The notes: generated from the sequence alone by a model not told the origin. Positions 1 to 10,397 are shown, counted from the first letter of the stretch. The stretch: DNA of 64,000 bases from Promethearchaeota archaeon (GCA_048938105.1 JBHLMN010000005.1:1-64000); one strand, 5' to 3'. A program made the numbers and translations.

Positions 1-1
1 A

Positions 2-220
2 CTGTATAATATCTCCACACCCAAATTGTGTACCATTCTCATATTCTTCTGTAAAAATGGTTCCTGCTTGATACTCTGCTTCTTTAACAGCTATTGATTT
101 ATCATTTCCCTTGAGCCCCACACCAGCTAGTTTTGGTGTACTGATAAAAACAATGAAGATGAACAGAATGATTAACTTTAATTCTTTAATGACATAATTC
201 CTTTTAAATTTACAAATCAT
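2..220 (-). CDS. 5' part of a secreted/surface protein (runs off the window edge)
   Basis: Not in the ORF track. Reading the minus strand from ATG at 220 gives MICKFKRNYVIKELKLIILFIFIVFISTPKLAGVG...FGCGDIIQ, open to the window edge: basic N-terminus plus hydrophobic stretch (signal peptide). GAGGGT SD-like sequence upstream. Confidence 0.6.
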   Translation of the reverse strand, partial: MICKFKRNYVIKELKLIILFIFIVFISTPKLAGVGLKGNDKSIAVKEAEYQAGTIFTEEYENGTQFGCGDIIQ

Positions 221-486
221 CTTACCCTCAACCAATTTATTTAACTAAATGTCTTATAATTCAATGTCTCTTATATTCTTACAGTTCTTCTATCTTATCA
301 TTCTCACTCTTTAAAGCTGTTTTTTAACTTGAAAATATGATTTGACATCAGAAAATCTTAAAACCAGAAAAAGAGTTCCCCAATCCTGAAAGTAAAGAGA
401 AAAAGAATAACATGGGGGAAGTTTTACCAGACTTCCATGAATATCTGTTTTCTTTTATTTCTTAAATTTTGATAAAGTGAGATACT

Positions 487-684
487 GTGATAACTCCAAA
501 TAAAGCACAATCTAATGTTTACTCATTAATTGAGGAAGAAAGAATCTGTCGTTTGTGTGATACATCAGCGATGTGTAATAAATTTACCTGTTATAAGAAA
601 AAACAAGGAAAGGCAGATTGTAAAAATTGCGATGAACGTTTATGTCAGCATCATTGGCGAATTTATTTCAGAAATAACATATAA
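487..684 (+). CDS. Small putative zinc-binding protein
   Basis: C21-x2-C24-x5-C30-x4-C35-x9-C45-x2-C48-x4-C53-x2-H56 pattern (8 potential ligands); GTG start. Confidence 0.5.
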   Translation: MITPNKAQSNVYSLIEEERICRLCDTSAMCNKFTCYKKKQGKADCKNCDERLCQHHWRIYFRNNI

Positions 685-901
685 TGTTGATTTGATTAAA
701 TTATTGAATGAGTATTGCTATTTCTTGGTTTTCCAGAAAAAATACAAATAGAAGTTATACACATTCCCTGTTCGAACAACAAACAACAATCCTTTTTTAT
801 TGGTGGTAAAGAGCCCCTCCAGATTTAAGAAAAATAATTTAAGAAAATCATATGGTAACCAAATTAAGATGGGCAAATTTGATTATAGCTTAAAATAAAC
901 C

Positions 902-2089
902 ATGAAAAGACCAAATGGAGTCCTAAAGAAGATGGAAGAATGGAGTGCTATTGTTTTAGCTGGGGGAGTGGGTTCTAGACTCCAACCACTCACTGACCAT
1001 TGTCCAAAACCGATGGTACCAATTGCAAATAAACCAATGATTGATTATAACCTGGAACTTCTTAGGAACGCAGGAATTAAGGGGAAAGTAGTAATCATCA
1101 CGAAGTATCTACAAGAACAAATTCGAGATTATATTACAAAAAATGAGTATTTCGATGATCTAGAGCTTATACTTCCTAAAATAGATCCTTTGGATACTGC
1201 TGATGCAGTAAGAAAGGCTTCAAATTACATTGACACAGATCATTTCATTGTTTCAATGGCAGATATCGTAACTAATCTATCTTTAAGCGACTTTATGGAA
1301 TTTCATTGTAAAAAGAAAGGCATGGCTAGCATTACACTGAAAGATATCCCTTACCCCCGGGCTTTTGGCGTTATTATGCTTAATCAGGATTCAAGGATTT
1401 TGCTTTTCTTAGAAAAACCCCATCCTGAAGAATTAGGATTGGCTGTTCTTACTTTTTCAAAAAAAGAGACTATTCATTTACAATCCAACCTCGTAAACAC
1501 AGGGATTTATGCTTTCAACCATAGGATCCTTAATATCTTAGATACGGTACATGATCTAATGGATTTTGGAAAACATGTATTTCCCTATCTTGCGCGCGAA
1601 TATGGTATCTTTGGGTATGTTAAAGACTATTATTGGATGGATGCAGGAAATCCGCAGACTTATTTATATACAAATTGGGATGTATTAAGGCGTTGGGCCT
1701 TTCCTTATTTTCCCAAAGCAACTTGGGAGGAAAATAGCATCTGGTGGAGCGATCAAACAGTGGAGATTGCCTCAGGAGCCCGAATCGAACCACCATCAGC
1801 CATAGGATCAGCTGTTAAGTTAGGTAAGGATTCTATCATTGGCCCACAGACAGTTCTTGGTAATGAAGTAATTATTGGTGAGAATACCCTAATTCATTCC
1901 TCGGTTGTTTGGGATAAAGTAGAAATTGGTAGTAACGTAAGTATTAAGGAAGCAATAATTTGTGATAATGTAGTTATTCCCGATAATTCTAAGTTAGCTC
2001 CAGGAACAGTTATTGGTTCTAAAATCAAGATTAATGAGCCTCTTATAACCATAAAAGATCAAATTGTAAAAGAAAATTCTGTTATTTAA
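902..2089 (+). CDS. NDP-sugar pyrophosphorylase (mannose-1-phosphate guanylyltransferase/GCD1-like)
   Basis: LAGGVGSRLQPLT..CPKPMVP nucleotidyltransferase signature, YWMDAG motif, C-terminal hexapeptide (left-handed beta-helix) repeats. Confidence 0.9.
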   Translation: MKRPNGVLKKMEEWSAIVLAGGVGSRLQPLTDHCPKPMVPIANKPMIDYNLELLRNAGIKGKVVIITKYLQEQIRDYITKNEYFDDLELILPKIDPLDTADAVRKASNYIDTDHFIVSMADIVTNLSLSDFMEFHCKKKGMASITLKDIPYPRAFGVIMLNQDSRILLFLEKPHPEELGLAVLTFSKKETIHLQSNLVNTGIYAFNHRILNILDTVHDLMDFGKHVFPYLAREYGIFGYVKDYYWMDAGNPQTYLYTNWDVLRRWAFPYFPKATWEENSIWWSDQTVEIASGARIEPPSAIGSAVKLGKDSIIGPQTVLGNEVIIGENTLIHSSVVWDKVEIGSNVSIKEAIICDNVVIPDNSKLAPGTVIGSKIKINEPLITIKDQIVKENSVI

Positions 2090-2143
2090 TTTAATGATTT
2101 CCATTTTGTTAATAAAGGAATAATTAAAAGAGGATAATAAAAA

Positions 2144-3520
2144 TTGACAGTTGAAGAAGAATCCTATGTAAAGTGGGGGAGAATTATGGCTTTTTCAAAT
2201 ACTATATTGACACCCGAATTAGCCTCATTGCTTGGAGGAGCTGTGGGAACATTTTTAGATCCGAAAGCCGTGGTTATGGTCGGAAGGGATTATAGACGGG
2301 ATTCAAGGATGTTAAAACGTTCTTTTTCAGGTGGAATGATGGCAAGTGGTATAGAATTAATAGATCTTCGTGCTGTCCCTACAAATATCCTACAGTTTGC
2401 TGTTAGACGTTTTGGCGCAGATGCAGGGGTGATGATTACGAGAAGCCACAATCTGGCTGGAATGGTTTCAATTAAGCTTTTCGATTCAACTGGTATTGAA
2501 TACCAGAGTAAAGATATTAACAAAGTTGTTGAAATAGCCAAAGCTCGAAAAATAAGACGTGTTAATTTCACTGAGGTAGGTTGGATAAGTGTTGCTGATC
2601 CAATGAAGATCTATGATCGTGCTCTTGCTGGATTTTTTGCTGAGAGTAAAGATATAATGAGAGAAGCGAAATTGCGGGTAGTTATTGATTGTGCTTGTGG
2701 CCCAATATCACTAATTATTCCTGATTTACTAAATGAGTTTGGTTGTGAGGTTATCACTCTCAATGCGCATCGCCCACGTCACCCTTCAATATTACCAAAT
2801 CCTGAATCTCTCCTTCGATTGAAAGAGACAGTACGCACAATTGGTGCAGATCTAGGAATCGCATTAGATGCTGAGGCTAGACATGCAATCATTATTGATA
2901 GTCAAGGGAGAATCCGAACAGCAGAAGAAACAGCATCGATGAACCTACATTCTAGATACGATCCTGACCCAAATGCAACTGTAGTAGTAGGTTCAACGGT
3001 TCATCCATCTGTTTATAGTGATCTGAATAAAAACATAATTTTTTCAGGTCATGGAGAACCAGGTGCTTTGGCTAGAACTGTGTTCGAGAATCGTGCTATT
3101 TACGGTTTCAATGATACTGGATTATTTATTCTGCCGGTATTTGCACCAGGATCTGATGGAATTGTAGCTTCTTTAACTGTTTTAACCCAGATGGCTAGCG
3201 AACATGTTAAGTCTACAGATTTATATCGTCGTCACCAAATTTTTCCTCAAAGAACAGCAGAAGTTACTTTTCCCTTAAATCGAATGTTAGGATTTTTTAC
3301 CACAATTCTTAATCATCCTCCTCCTGGTTATTATGCTATTGATACCTTTATAGGAATAAAACTGATCACAGAAGATAAGAAGTGGATTCATTATTACTTG
3401 GCTACTGAATTAAATACATTACAAATTGAGATTTTTGATCCTCGTGTAAATTCAGAAACGCAAGGAAAATTGATTGATGTTGCAATAAACCTAGTGGAAG
3501 AGTTCTTGTCTGGCAGTTAA
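2144..3520 (+). CDS. Phosphomannomutase/phosphoglucomutase-family protein (degenerate metal loop)
   Basis: VGRDYR, TRSHN phosphoserine loop, VIDCACG, GADLGIALD; follows the NDP-sugar enzyme. Confidence 0.85.
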   Translation: MTVEEESYVKWGRIMAFSNTILTPELASLLGGAVGTFLDPKAVVMVGRDYRRDSRMLKRSFSGGMMASGIELIDLRAVPTNILQFAVRRFGADAGVMITRSHNLAGMVSIKLFDSTGIEYQSKDINKVVEIAKARKIRRVNFTEVGWISVADPMKIYDRALAGFFAESKDIMREAKLRVVIDCACGPISLIIPDLLNEFGCEVITLNAHRPRHPSILPNPESLLRLKETVRTIGADLGIALDAEARHAIIIDSQGRIRTAEETASMNLHSRYDPDPNATVVVGSTVHPSVYSDLNKNIIFSGHGEPGALARTVFENRAIYGFNDTGLFILPVFAPGSDGIVASLTVLTQMASEHVKSTDLYRRHQIFPQRTAEVTFPLNRMLGFFTTILNHPPPGYYAIDTFIGIKLITEDKKWIHYYLATELNTLQIEIFDPRVNSETQGKLIDVAINLVEEFLSGS

Positions 3521-3787
3521 AACCTAATCCCTTTTTCTAAAATACAAGAAAAAATGTAAAGGTTCAAATAAGTTTATTAAAATGCGAGTCAAATATACTA
3601 GCTATTCGATTCTCAACTATGTTTATCGAACAGTGAGTATTACCTTATTCTTTTATTTTAAATCATTCTCATGTCTTAAATTAGAACTAGCTCTTATTAA
3701 GATTCTTTGAATAAGATATATTATATATAACCTAATAAATATACTATGCAAACAATATTTTTTTAATAATGAAGAGTCTGAACTTAA

Positions 3788-4738
3788 TTGCAATTTCTTT
3801 CCGAAAGACGCGTTCCTATCGCTATTGTTGGATTAGAAAACGCAGGGAAGACCACACTTAGTGTTCGGCTCCAAACTGGGAAATATCATCAAACACTTCC
3901 AACTGCAGGACTAGATGTTGAAGTAGTTGATGTAAAGGGAACTCTTTTCCAACTTTTTGATCTAGGTGGTCATCAACACTTTAGAGAATTATTTTGGAGA
4001 AATTATGTGCAGCTTTCACAGGGTATAATCTTTGTTATCGATTCAAGTGATATCGATAGATTAGATGAAGTAGTGGATTGGCTGTGGAAATGCTTAGAAT
4101 GGAATAAGAATGCTCCACTGTTAATATTAGCAAATAAATCGGATTTAAACCATATTGAATTTAAACATTTAATTAGGAAAATTAGATTAGCTCAGCTTCC
4201 CATTCAGAATCCACAGCGATCTTTTCGTATCTTCGAGGTTTCAATGAAAACAGGAACAAATTTAGAGGAAGCTCTTTCTTGGTTTTCACAGAAGACCTCT
4301 AATACAATTGAAGGTAGGCTGATAAAATTACTGGGTCTTTATATTTATCTGCCTACTGGGATTCCTATTGCTTCATACCTATTTACTAAAGAACCTTCGC
4401 AAAATTTAGATGTAGATATGATTCCTGGATTTTTAAATGCTATTGACCAATTTACAAGCGGTTTTATGGGGCCTAGTGAGGGTTTGCAATCATTAAACAC
4501 ACAAAATCATAGTATCTTAATGGTTAAACGTGAAGGAGTTTTATGTGCTTTAATAACAGCCAAAGATTCCGATCCTGGAGTTACACGGGTTATTGCAGAA
4601 TCCATTCTAACCTACTTAGAAACTTCTTTTGCTGAAAAGCTCTCCTTGTTTCGAAAGGATGGAAAAATTCGTTTTCCAAGGAATTTTATCCTTGATTATT
4701 TAGAAAGAGAATTTTCTAAAAATATTATCATTAATTAA
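3788..4738 (+). CDS. Arf/Sar1-like small GTPase fused to a C-terminal longin/roadblock-like domain
   Basis: G1 GLENAGKT, G2 TLPTAG, G3 FDLGGH, WRNY, G4 NKSD, G5 SMK; C-terminal ~135 aa with a beta-beta-alpha-beta-beta-beta-alpha pattern. Confidence 0.85.
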   Translation: MQFLSERRVPIAIVGLENAGKTTLSVRLQTGKYHQTLPTAGLDVEVVDVKGTLFQLFDLGGHQHFRELFWRNYVQLSQGIIFVIDSSDIDRLDEVVDWLWKCLEWNKNAPLLILANKSDLNHIEFKHLIRKIRLAQLPIQNPQRSFRIFEVSMKTGTNLEEALSWFSQKTSNTIEGRLIKLLGLYIYLPTGIPIASYLFTKEPSQNLDVDMIPGFLNAIDQFTSGFMGPSEGLQSLNTQNHSILMVKREGVLCALITAKDSDPGVTRVIAESILTYLETSFAEKLSLFRKDGKIRFPRNFILDYLEREFSKNIIIN

Positions 4739-4750
4739 TCGTGATAATGT

Positions 4751-5533
4751 TTATAAATATTTGTACAACCAATTTTTTGATTCGTATTTCTCAGAAGCTA
4801 GTTCTGTGGCCATTTGTTGTTCTTCATCAGTCAATTCTCCGAGATAGGATTGAGGGAATGTAGTTTCAGTTAAGTAACGAATCAAGTACTCTGCTACATT
4901 TTGTGGGCTTATATCTTTATTCAAGCTTTCAGTAAGAGTCGTGACATGTTGATAAACAGATTCAATCATACTTTCACGAGTACGACCTTCATGAGCTTTC
5001 AAAACAGAATACATTATTTCAGGACGAAATTTTGTTAAAATAGTGCCATGTTGTAAGATAATATCTTTATAACGTGCTTGAGCATTTCCAGAAATCTTCT
5101 TACCTTTACTAAACACAGAAGGACAGTGAATTTGGCCATAATCAATGCTTAAACCAAGTTTCTCAAGAGGATGAAAAATAATTTCTAAAATTCTGTAATA
5201 ATTTCCTTCAATTGTGTCTGTTTCTATATTGTGTAAGTTTGTAACAATACTATAAGTTAATTCTCCAGTCTCATCATGAAAAACTGCTCCACCTCCAGAT
5301 ATCCGTCGGACACAATCAAAATTCAGCTCCTGGAGAGAATTTAGGTTAACCTCTTCTGAAATTCTCTGATGTTTTCCTATTGATACTGCACTTGGTTTCC
5401 ATCCATAAAAGCGAATGGTGTTTACTTCATCATAACAACGAAATATTGCTTCATCTATTGCCATGTTCATAGAGGCACAATTGATAGAGAAGTTCAATAC
5501 CCGCCAATTAAAATTCTTCATTCTAAGCCACAT
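4751..5533 (-). CDS. lplA: Lipoate-protein ligase A/LipM family protein
   Basis: NMAIDEA, RRISGGGAVFHD, KKISGNAQ and QHGT motifs. Confidence 0.88.
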   Translation of the reverse strand: MWLRMKNFNWRVLNFSINCASMNMAIDEAIFRCYDEVNTIRFYGWKPSAVSIGKHQRISEEVNLNSLQELNFDCVRRISGGGAVFHDETGELTYSIVTNLHNIETDTIEGNYYRILEIIFHPLEKLGLSIDYGQIHCPSVFSKGKKISGNAQARYKDIILQHGTILTKFRPEIMYSVLKAHEGRTRESMIESVYQHVTTLTESLNKDISPQNVAEYLIRYLTETTFPQSYLGELTDEEQQMATELASEKYESKNWLYKYL

Positions 5534-5575
5534 TCAATTAAAAGAAGATGTAATTTTAAAGCAGGATCCTTTTCG

Positions 5576-6328
5576 TTAATCAAAAATTATTGGTTCATCA
5601 ACATTTATTTCTATCCCTCTTTCTGTAATTTCAAAAGGATGAATTCGTTTTGAATGATGCATTCCTCGCATTTTGAGAATCTCAATTCCTCGTTCTCTAG
5701 CGGAGGAGATTGTGAGATATTGCAAATGAATGACTCCATAGGCTAGAAAATCTTCTGTTGAAAACTGAGGATACTTCGTATCTTGAACAATTTCACCTGT
5801 CGATTCATAAACAGCTAAAGTTGTGCATTTTTCTTCCCAAAGAACTCCAATGACCCTGTGAAGCTCTTTTCGAACTTCAAAGAGATCTCTAAAGAGTAAT
5901 GAGAAAGTGTTTAAAGGATCAATAACTAAACGGTTGACACCAATATTGCGAACTGCATCAATAATCTTTTGGGTGATATAGTCTAATGAAGCTTCCCGAA
6001 GACGACTTGCTTGTTGCATAATCCCCATCTCAGTTGAACTGAAATCGAGAATTGTTAACTCACCCATCTGTTGAAGACTTAATAGATCCCACCCATAATT
6101 TCGCATGATAGCATTCAGAGCCAATAACGGTTCATTGAATGTTACTAATAATCCTGGTTCATGATATTTAAGTATTCCTTCTAATAAAAATTGTACGCCT
6201 AGTGTGGTTTTACCCACTCCAGCTCCACCTCGCATAGCGACGAACCACCCCGCTGGAATTCCACCTCCTAAAATTTTATCAAGGCTTTCAATACCTGTCG
6301 GTTTCACATCAAGCGACAATAAAAACAA
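5576..6328 (-). CDS. Single-domain KaiC/RAD55-like RecA-superfamily ATPase
   Basis: TGIESLDKILGGGIP, Walker A GGAGVGKT, Walker B LVID, KMRG motif. Confidence 0.88.
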   Translation of the reverse strand: MFLLSLDVKPTGIESLDKILGGGIPAGWFVAMRGGAGVGKTTLGVQFLLEGILKYHEPGLLVTFNEPLLALNAIMRNYGWDLLSLQQMGELTILDFSSTEMGIMQQASRLREASLDYITQKIIDAVRNIGVNRLVIDPLNTFSLLFRDLFEVRKELHRVIGVLWEEKCTTLAVYESTGEIVQDTKYPQFSTEDFLAYGVIHLQYLTISSARERGIEILKMRGMHHSKRIHPFEITERGIEINVDEPIIFD

Positions 6329-6642
6329 CCCAAAGCTTCATTCTGATAGGTTTAATATGTAAAAACTCTTCATGATAAATTATTTTTGCCGAATAAATGT
6401 TCCTTGTTTGGTGGAAACTAAAATTATATATAAATTTAACCTTTAACAAGGAAAATGCTTCATCAATATTCTTGCATGTATTACCTTTGTTTTTTATAAA
6501 AGCCATATATATTAATCAAATTGAATGAGTAAGCTGTTCAATGTCAAGAAACGACCTCTGAAGACTTTTTTAACAAAATTTTTTTTAAAGAAGTAATCTT
6601 TAAATAAAAGAAAGAATTAAGGATATTTGAAATTCTGTAAAC

Positions 6643-6849
6643 TTAGGTAGAAACTAATACATCATAAGGATCTTTGATTTCCTCAGTCTCTTCTCCTGTA
6701 TCTACCTTATACACCTTAATCTTAACCATTTGACCTGCTAGGTTAAGGAGCTCCACATCCTTCTTTCGTATTTTTAGGTGATATCCATTTGCACATCTAG
6801 AGACTTTAGTTGTGAAAATTAGTAATGGTTCGTCTTTTCTTGACATCAT
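6643..6849 (-). CDS. Small AbrB/MazE-like (swapped-hairpin) DNA-binding protein
   Basis: KVSRCANGYHLKIRKKDVELLNL-GQMVKIKV resembles the AbrB-fold consensus. Confidence 0.55.
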   Translation of the reverse strand: MMSRKDEPLLIFTTKVSRCANGYHLKIRKKDVELLNLAGQMVKIKVYKVDTGEETEEIKDPYDVLVST

Positions 6850-6982
6850 ATCCCTTTTCCTGTGACTTTTATGTTTGTCGTTCTTTCATTAAAATATATA
6901 TCAACATATAGCTTTTCTATATACTATTTATATCTAATGTTTTAAAAGACGAATTATTATGAATATTTTTTGCATTAAAGAA

Positions 6983-7540
6983 TTATTGATTCCTTAATTC
7001 TTTACGTTTCTCGGTTATATGATCAATGATTTTTGTGGCAAGATTAAAAAATCCAGTTTCGACATTAGTTCCATCAAGAGCTGAAGTTGTGAAATAAGTT
7101 GCCCCTAATTTTAGCGCCATTGTTTCTGCCTCCTCTTGATCTACACTAATTTGATCACGCAAATCACATTTATTTCCAAATAACATTAAAGGTACAATTC
7201 CTACCTTTTGTGTGAAATCTAATTGCCATTTTTCTAATTGTTGTAATGTAGAAGGTCGTGTGAGGTCGAAAACTAGAATTCCTCCTCGGGCATGGAGATA
7301 ATATCGGGCGCGGATCGTTCGGAATGAATCCTGGCCTGAAAGGTCCCAAAGTTGTAGTGTAATATTGATATTCTTCTCTCTATCAAGACAAATCTTCTTT
7401 ATCAAAAAATTAGAGCCTATAGTTGTGATATAATCGTGAGTGAAAGTGTGTTGAACGTATCGGCGGATGAGGGAGGTTTTTCCTACGGAACCTTGCCCTA
7501 AAAGTACGATTTTGGCGCTGTAGTTAACCATTCTTTTCAC
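6983..7540 (-). CDS. Rab-like small GTPase
   Basis: GQGSVGKTS, YITTIG, WDLSGQ, RYY, NKCD, SAL motifs; no C-terminal cysteines. Confidence 0.92.
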   Translation of the reverse strand: MKRMVNYSAKIVLLGQGSVGKTSLIRRYVQHTFTHDYITTIGSNFLIKKICLDREKNINITLQLWDLSGQDSFRTIRARYYLHARGGILVFDLTRPSTLQQLEKWQLDFTQKVGIVPLMLFGNKCDLRDQISVDQEEAETMALKLGATYFTTSALDGTNVETGFFNLATKIIDHITEKRKELRNQ

Positions 7541-7691
7541 TAATTCATTATATTGTTTGAGTTATATAAAATTATATTATTCTATTTATTATTTTCAACC
7601 ACCAATATTTTGAACTTGAGTAGATCTAAGCTATCGTTTGTTTGATAATACTTCACAATTTAACATTATTCTTCAATACCTAAAACAAAAA

Positions 7692-8130
7692 ATGTTGTTA
7701 TGTAATACTTTAAAGATTTTTTCTCGTCTTCTTAGTCTGTTTATTTTGGATTGGATAGTGACAGGGTAAATCGTCCTTTTCTCATCTCTTTTTGCTTATA
7801 GTGTCTTGAGATTTTTCTATCATTAACAATCATTATTATAAATTTCAAATATAGTTGATTCATGTTCAGGTATTTATTGATTAATTATCTCCTTAAGTTT
7901 TTTTTGCTTTGTCAATGTTTCAAAGGCTAATCAGACTTTTAAAAGGGAATCAGTGTTTTTATTCAGAATGATTGGTATTATCGGTGTTTATTTAGTGAAT
8001 ATACTTAGGATTTTGATTTTAATTATTTTAAGTACGTATTTTCCTGCAGATATCTGGAGGGAAAACATATCTAGCTTAGAATAATCTTTATAATTAGTTA
8101 TCCTGCATTTTTCTCTTAGATTGGGGGATG
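7692..8130 (+). pseudogene. Decayed archaeosortase/exosortase-family transpeptidase gene
   Basis: One frame reads ...NIVDSCSGIY*LII...GIIGVYLVNILRILILIIL... (Cys codon 7863, Arg codon 8007), with in-frame stops (e.g. TGA 7878). After a frameshift it reads H-I-*-L-R-IIFIISY (His codon 8066). Boundaries approximate. Confidence 0.7.
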
Positions 8131-8268
8131 ATTGATTCCCCAATTCGCTCCTCAAATTGGTTGCTATTTAGAAATGGAATATACATTAAATATCAGGAAA
8201 TACTCGTCTATTTTTTATAATTAGAAAAATCCAGCTAGAAACATAACATTTTGCGGTGAGAATATCAA

Positions 8269-9579
8269 GTGAATTATATTTCAATTAAAAAGCTGCACGA
8301 AAAAGTCGATGAAAAAGTTCAGATTCGTGGTTGGCTTCATCATGTTCGTCGCCAGGGTCGTTTGATTTTTTTTGTCATTAGAGATCCTACAGGTTACGTA
8401 CAGGCGGTTGCTAAACCTAAAGCGATTGGTGATACTAATTTTAAGGCTATTGAGAAGCTTACTCGAGAAACTGCTATAATTGCAGAAGGTATCGTCAAAG
8501 AGGATATACGTGCTCCTTATATTGGTATTGAACTACAACTCACTGCTATAAATCCAGCTATTAGGAATAAATATGCTTCCCCTGAATTGGAGTATGAGAT
8601 TCGTCCTGATTCGGGTTCACAAGTTTTATTAGATAAAAGACACTTAGTTCTTCGTGGCGAACAAGCATCTGATATTATGCGATTTCGAGATTATATCACT
8701 AGGAATTTTCGTGATTTTTTCTATAGTAAAGACTTCGTTGAAGTTACTCCTTCCACGATAGTTCAAACTCAAGTAGAAGGGAGAACAACGCTTTTTGCCT
8801 TCGATTATTTTGAACAGGAAGCTTTTCTAACTCAATCGAGTCAGTTGTATCTTGAAACAGTCTTAGCAAGCCTTGGTAACGTGTTCTGTATATTACCCTC
8901 ATTTCGAGCTGAAAAATCACGCACTAGAAGACATCTCACTGAATATACTCATATTGAAGCAGAAATGCCTTGGTATGAATTCGAGGACCTGATAGAATTT
9001 ATGGAGGATATGATCATCTTTGTATATTCAAAGGCAAAAGAAAATCCTATCCTGGAAAAATTCAATTCATCGCTGGAAATTCCCTCCAAACCATTTAAGC
9101 GAGTAACCTATGAGCAAACCATTGATCTTTTACAAGAATATGGAATTAAAGGAGAATCTGAAAAATACTTAGAGTATGGGGACGACATTACTGAAGGGCC
9201 TGAGAGAGCTTTAGTTGATAAAATAGGCAGTCCTACATTTTTAACTCACTTTCCGACAGGCATGAAACCATTTTACATGAAATTAAATCCTAAGAATCCT
9301 GAAGTTATGAACGCCGTGGATTTGTTGATACCAAATGTTGGTGAAATTATTGGTGGTTCACAGAGGGAGGACGACCTCGAGGTTCTTCTAGACAGAATGA
9401 GGGAAGAAGGCCTTGACCCAAAGCCATATTATTGGTATATTGATCAGCGCAAATATGGAACTGTTCCACATTCAGGATTTGGCTTAGGATTAGAACGTCA
9501 GGTGCAAGGGTTATTAAATTTAGATCACATTCGAGAAGCGTGTTTATATCCCCGCTTAATCAATAGAGCAACACCCTAA
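8269..9579 (+). CDS. asnS: Asparaginyl-tRNA synthetase
   Basis: N-terminal OB fold, LTQSSQLYLE, FRAEKSRTRRHLTEY (motif 2), GEIIGGSQRE, PHSGFGLGLER (motif 3). Confidence 0.93.
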   Translation: MNYISIKKLHEKVDEKVQIRGWLHHVRRQGRLIFFVIRDPTGYVQAVAKPKAIGDTNFKAIEKLTRETAIIAEGIVKEDIRAPYIGIELQLTAINPAIRNKYASPELEYEIRPDSGSQVLLDKRHLVLRGEQASDIMRFRDYITRNFRDFFYSKDFVEVTPSTIVQTQVEGRTTLFAFDYFEQEAFLTQSSQLYLETVLASLGNVFCILPSFRAEKSRTRRHLTEYTHIEAEMPWYEFEDLIEFMEDMIIFVYSKAKENPILEKFNSSLEIPSKPFKRVTYEQTIDLLQEYGIKGESEKYLEYGDDITEGPERALVDKIGSPTFLTHFPTGMKPFYMKLNPKNPEVMNAVDLLIPNVGEIIGGSQREDDLEVLLDRMREEGLDPKPYYWYIDQRKYGTVPHSGFGLGLERQVQGLLNLDHIREACLYPRLINRATP

Positions 9580-9707
9580 ATCATTTTTTTTGTTATTAGC
9601 TACTAAATGAAATGGTCTTAATCTTGTGAAGTTCACCTCCATCATAAAAACTGAACTAAAAACTTCAGATACAAAACCCTTGCAATGGTTGATTTCACGA
9701 TTTCCCT

Positions 9708-9944
9708 TTAATCTCGTACAATAACCATTGTGAGAGTAGACCGAACTCCATTTGCTTGACGTATTTTATTGATAACTGTATCTTTCAAGCTTTTCATATC
9801 TTTCGCGGAAATCTTTGCAACTAAATCATATACACCATATACTAAATGAGCTTCATCAATATCAAGCTCTTCGTTCAAGAATTCTAAGACTGCTTTCTCT
9901 TCACCGATTTCTGCGTTAATCATGACAAATGCAGTTGGACACAT
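9708..9944 (-). CDS. Stand-alone Lrp/AsnC ligand-binding (RAM) domain protein
   Basis: AFVMIN...EAHLVYGVYDLVAKI...IRQANGVRSTLT pattern; no HTH. Confidence 0.88.
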   Translation of the reverse strand: MCPTAFVMINAEIGEEKAVLEFLNEELDIDEAHLVYGVYDLVAKISAKDMKSLKDTVINKIRQANGVRSTLTMVIVRD

Positions 9945-10397
9945 AGATGTATCACCGTTCGATTTTCTTGGGATAAATTAATTTTTCCCAGTGAGTTGAA
10001 TATATTAGACATACTATCCTATAAGATTAATATTTCTTTGGCTTGATTTTATTCTCTAAAAAATGTTGTTCTGAAATAATAAGTAGATATTATGAGTTTT
10101 AGGAAAATTAAACCAGAAAAACTCTATGGAAGAATTATTCTCAATAGAAGAAATACAATTCAGAGAATTCTTAAGACTTACTTATAAGGTAATAAAGAAG
10201 AAAATTTGGTATAATTCATTCATTAACTAAGAAAGGCTTGCTGAATAGATAATTTTACTTCAAATTCTCACATTTTTAAACTAGTGATTTTTGTTATGTC
10301 ACTCTGAATTTCAGTAAAGAATTTATTTATTAATGACTTAATTTTCCGCGTAATTAATTGGACTGTGTTTTTTTATTCTTAATTTACTCTGTTAAAG

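Noticed and set aside
10126-10230. 34-aa ORF MEELFSIEEIQFREF...
   Set aside because: Too short and has no motif; cannot be supported.
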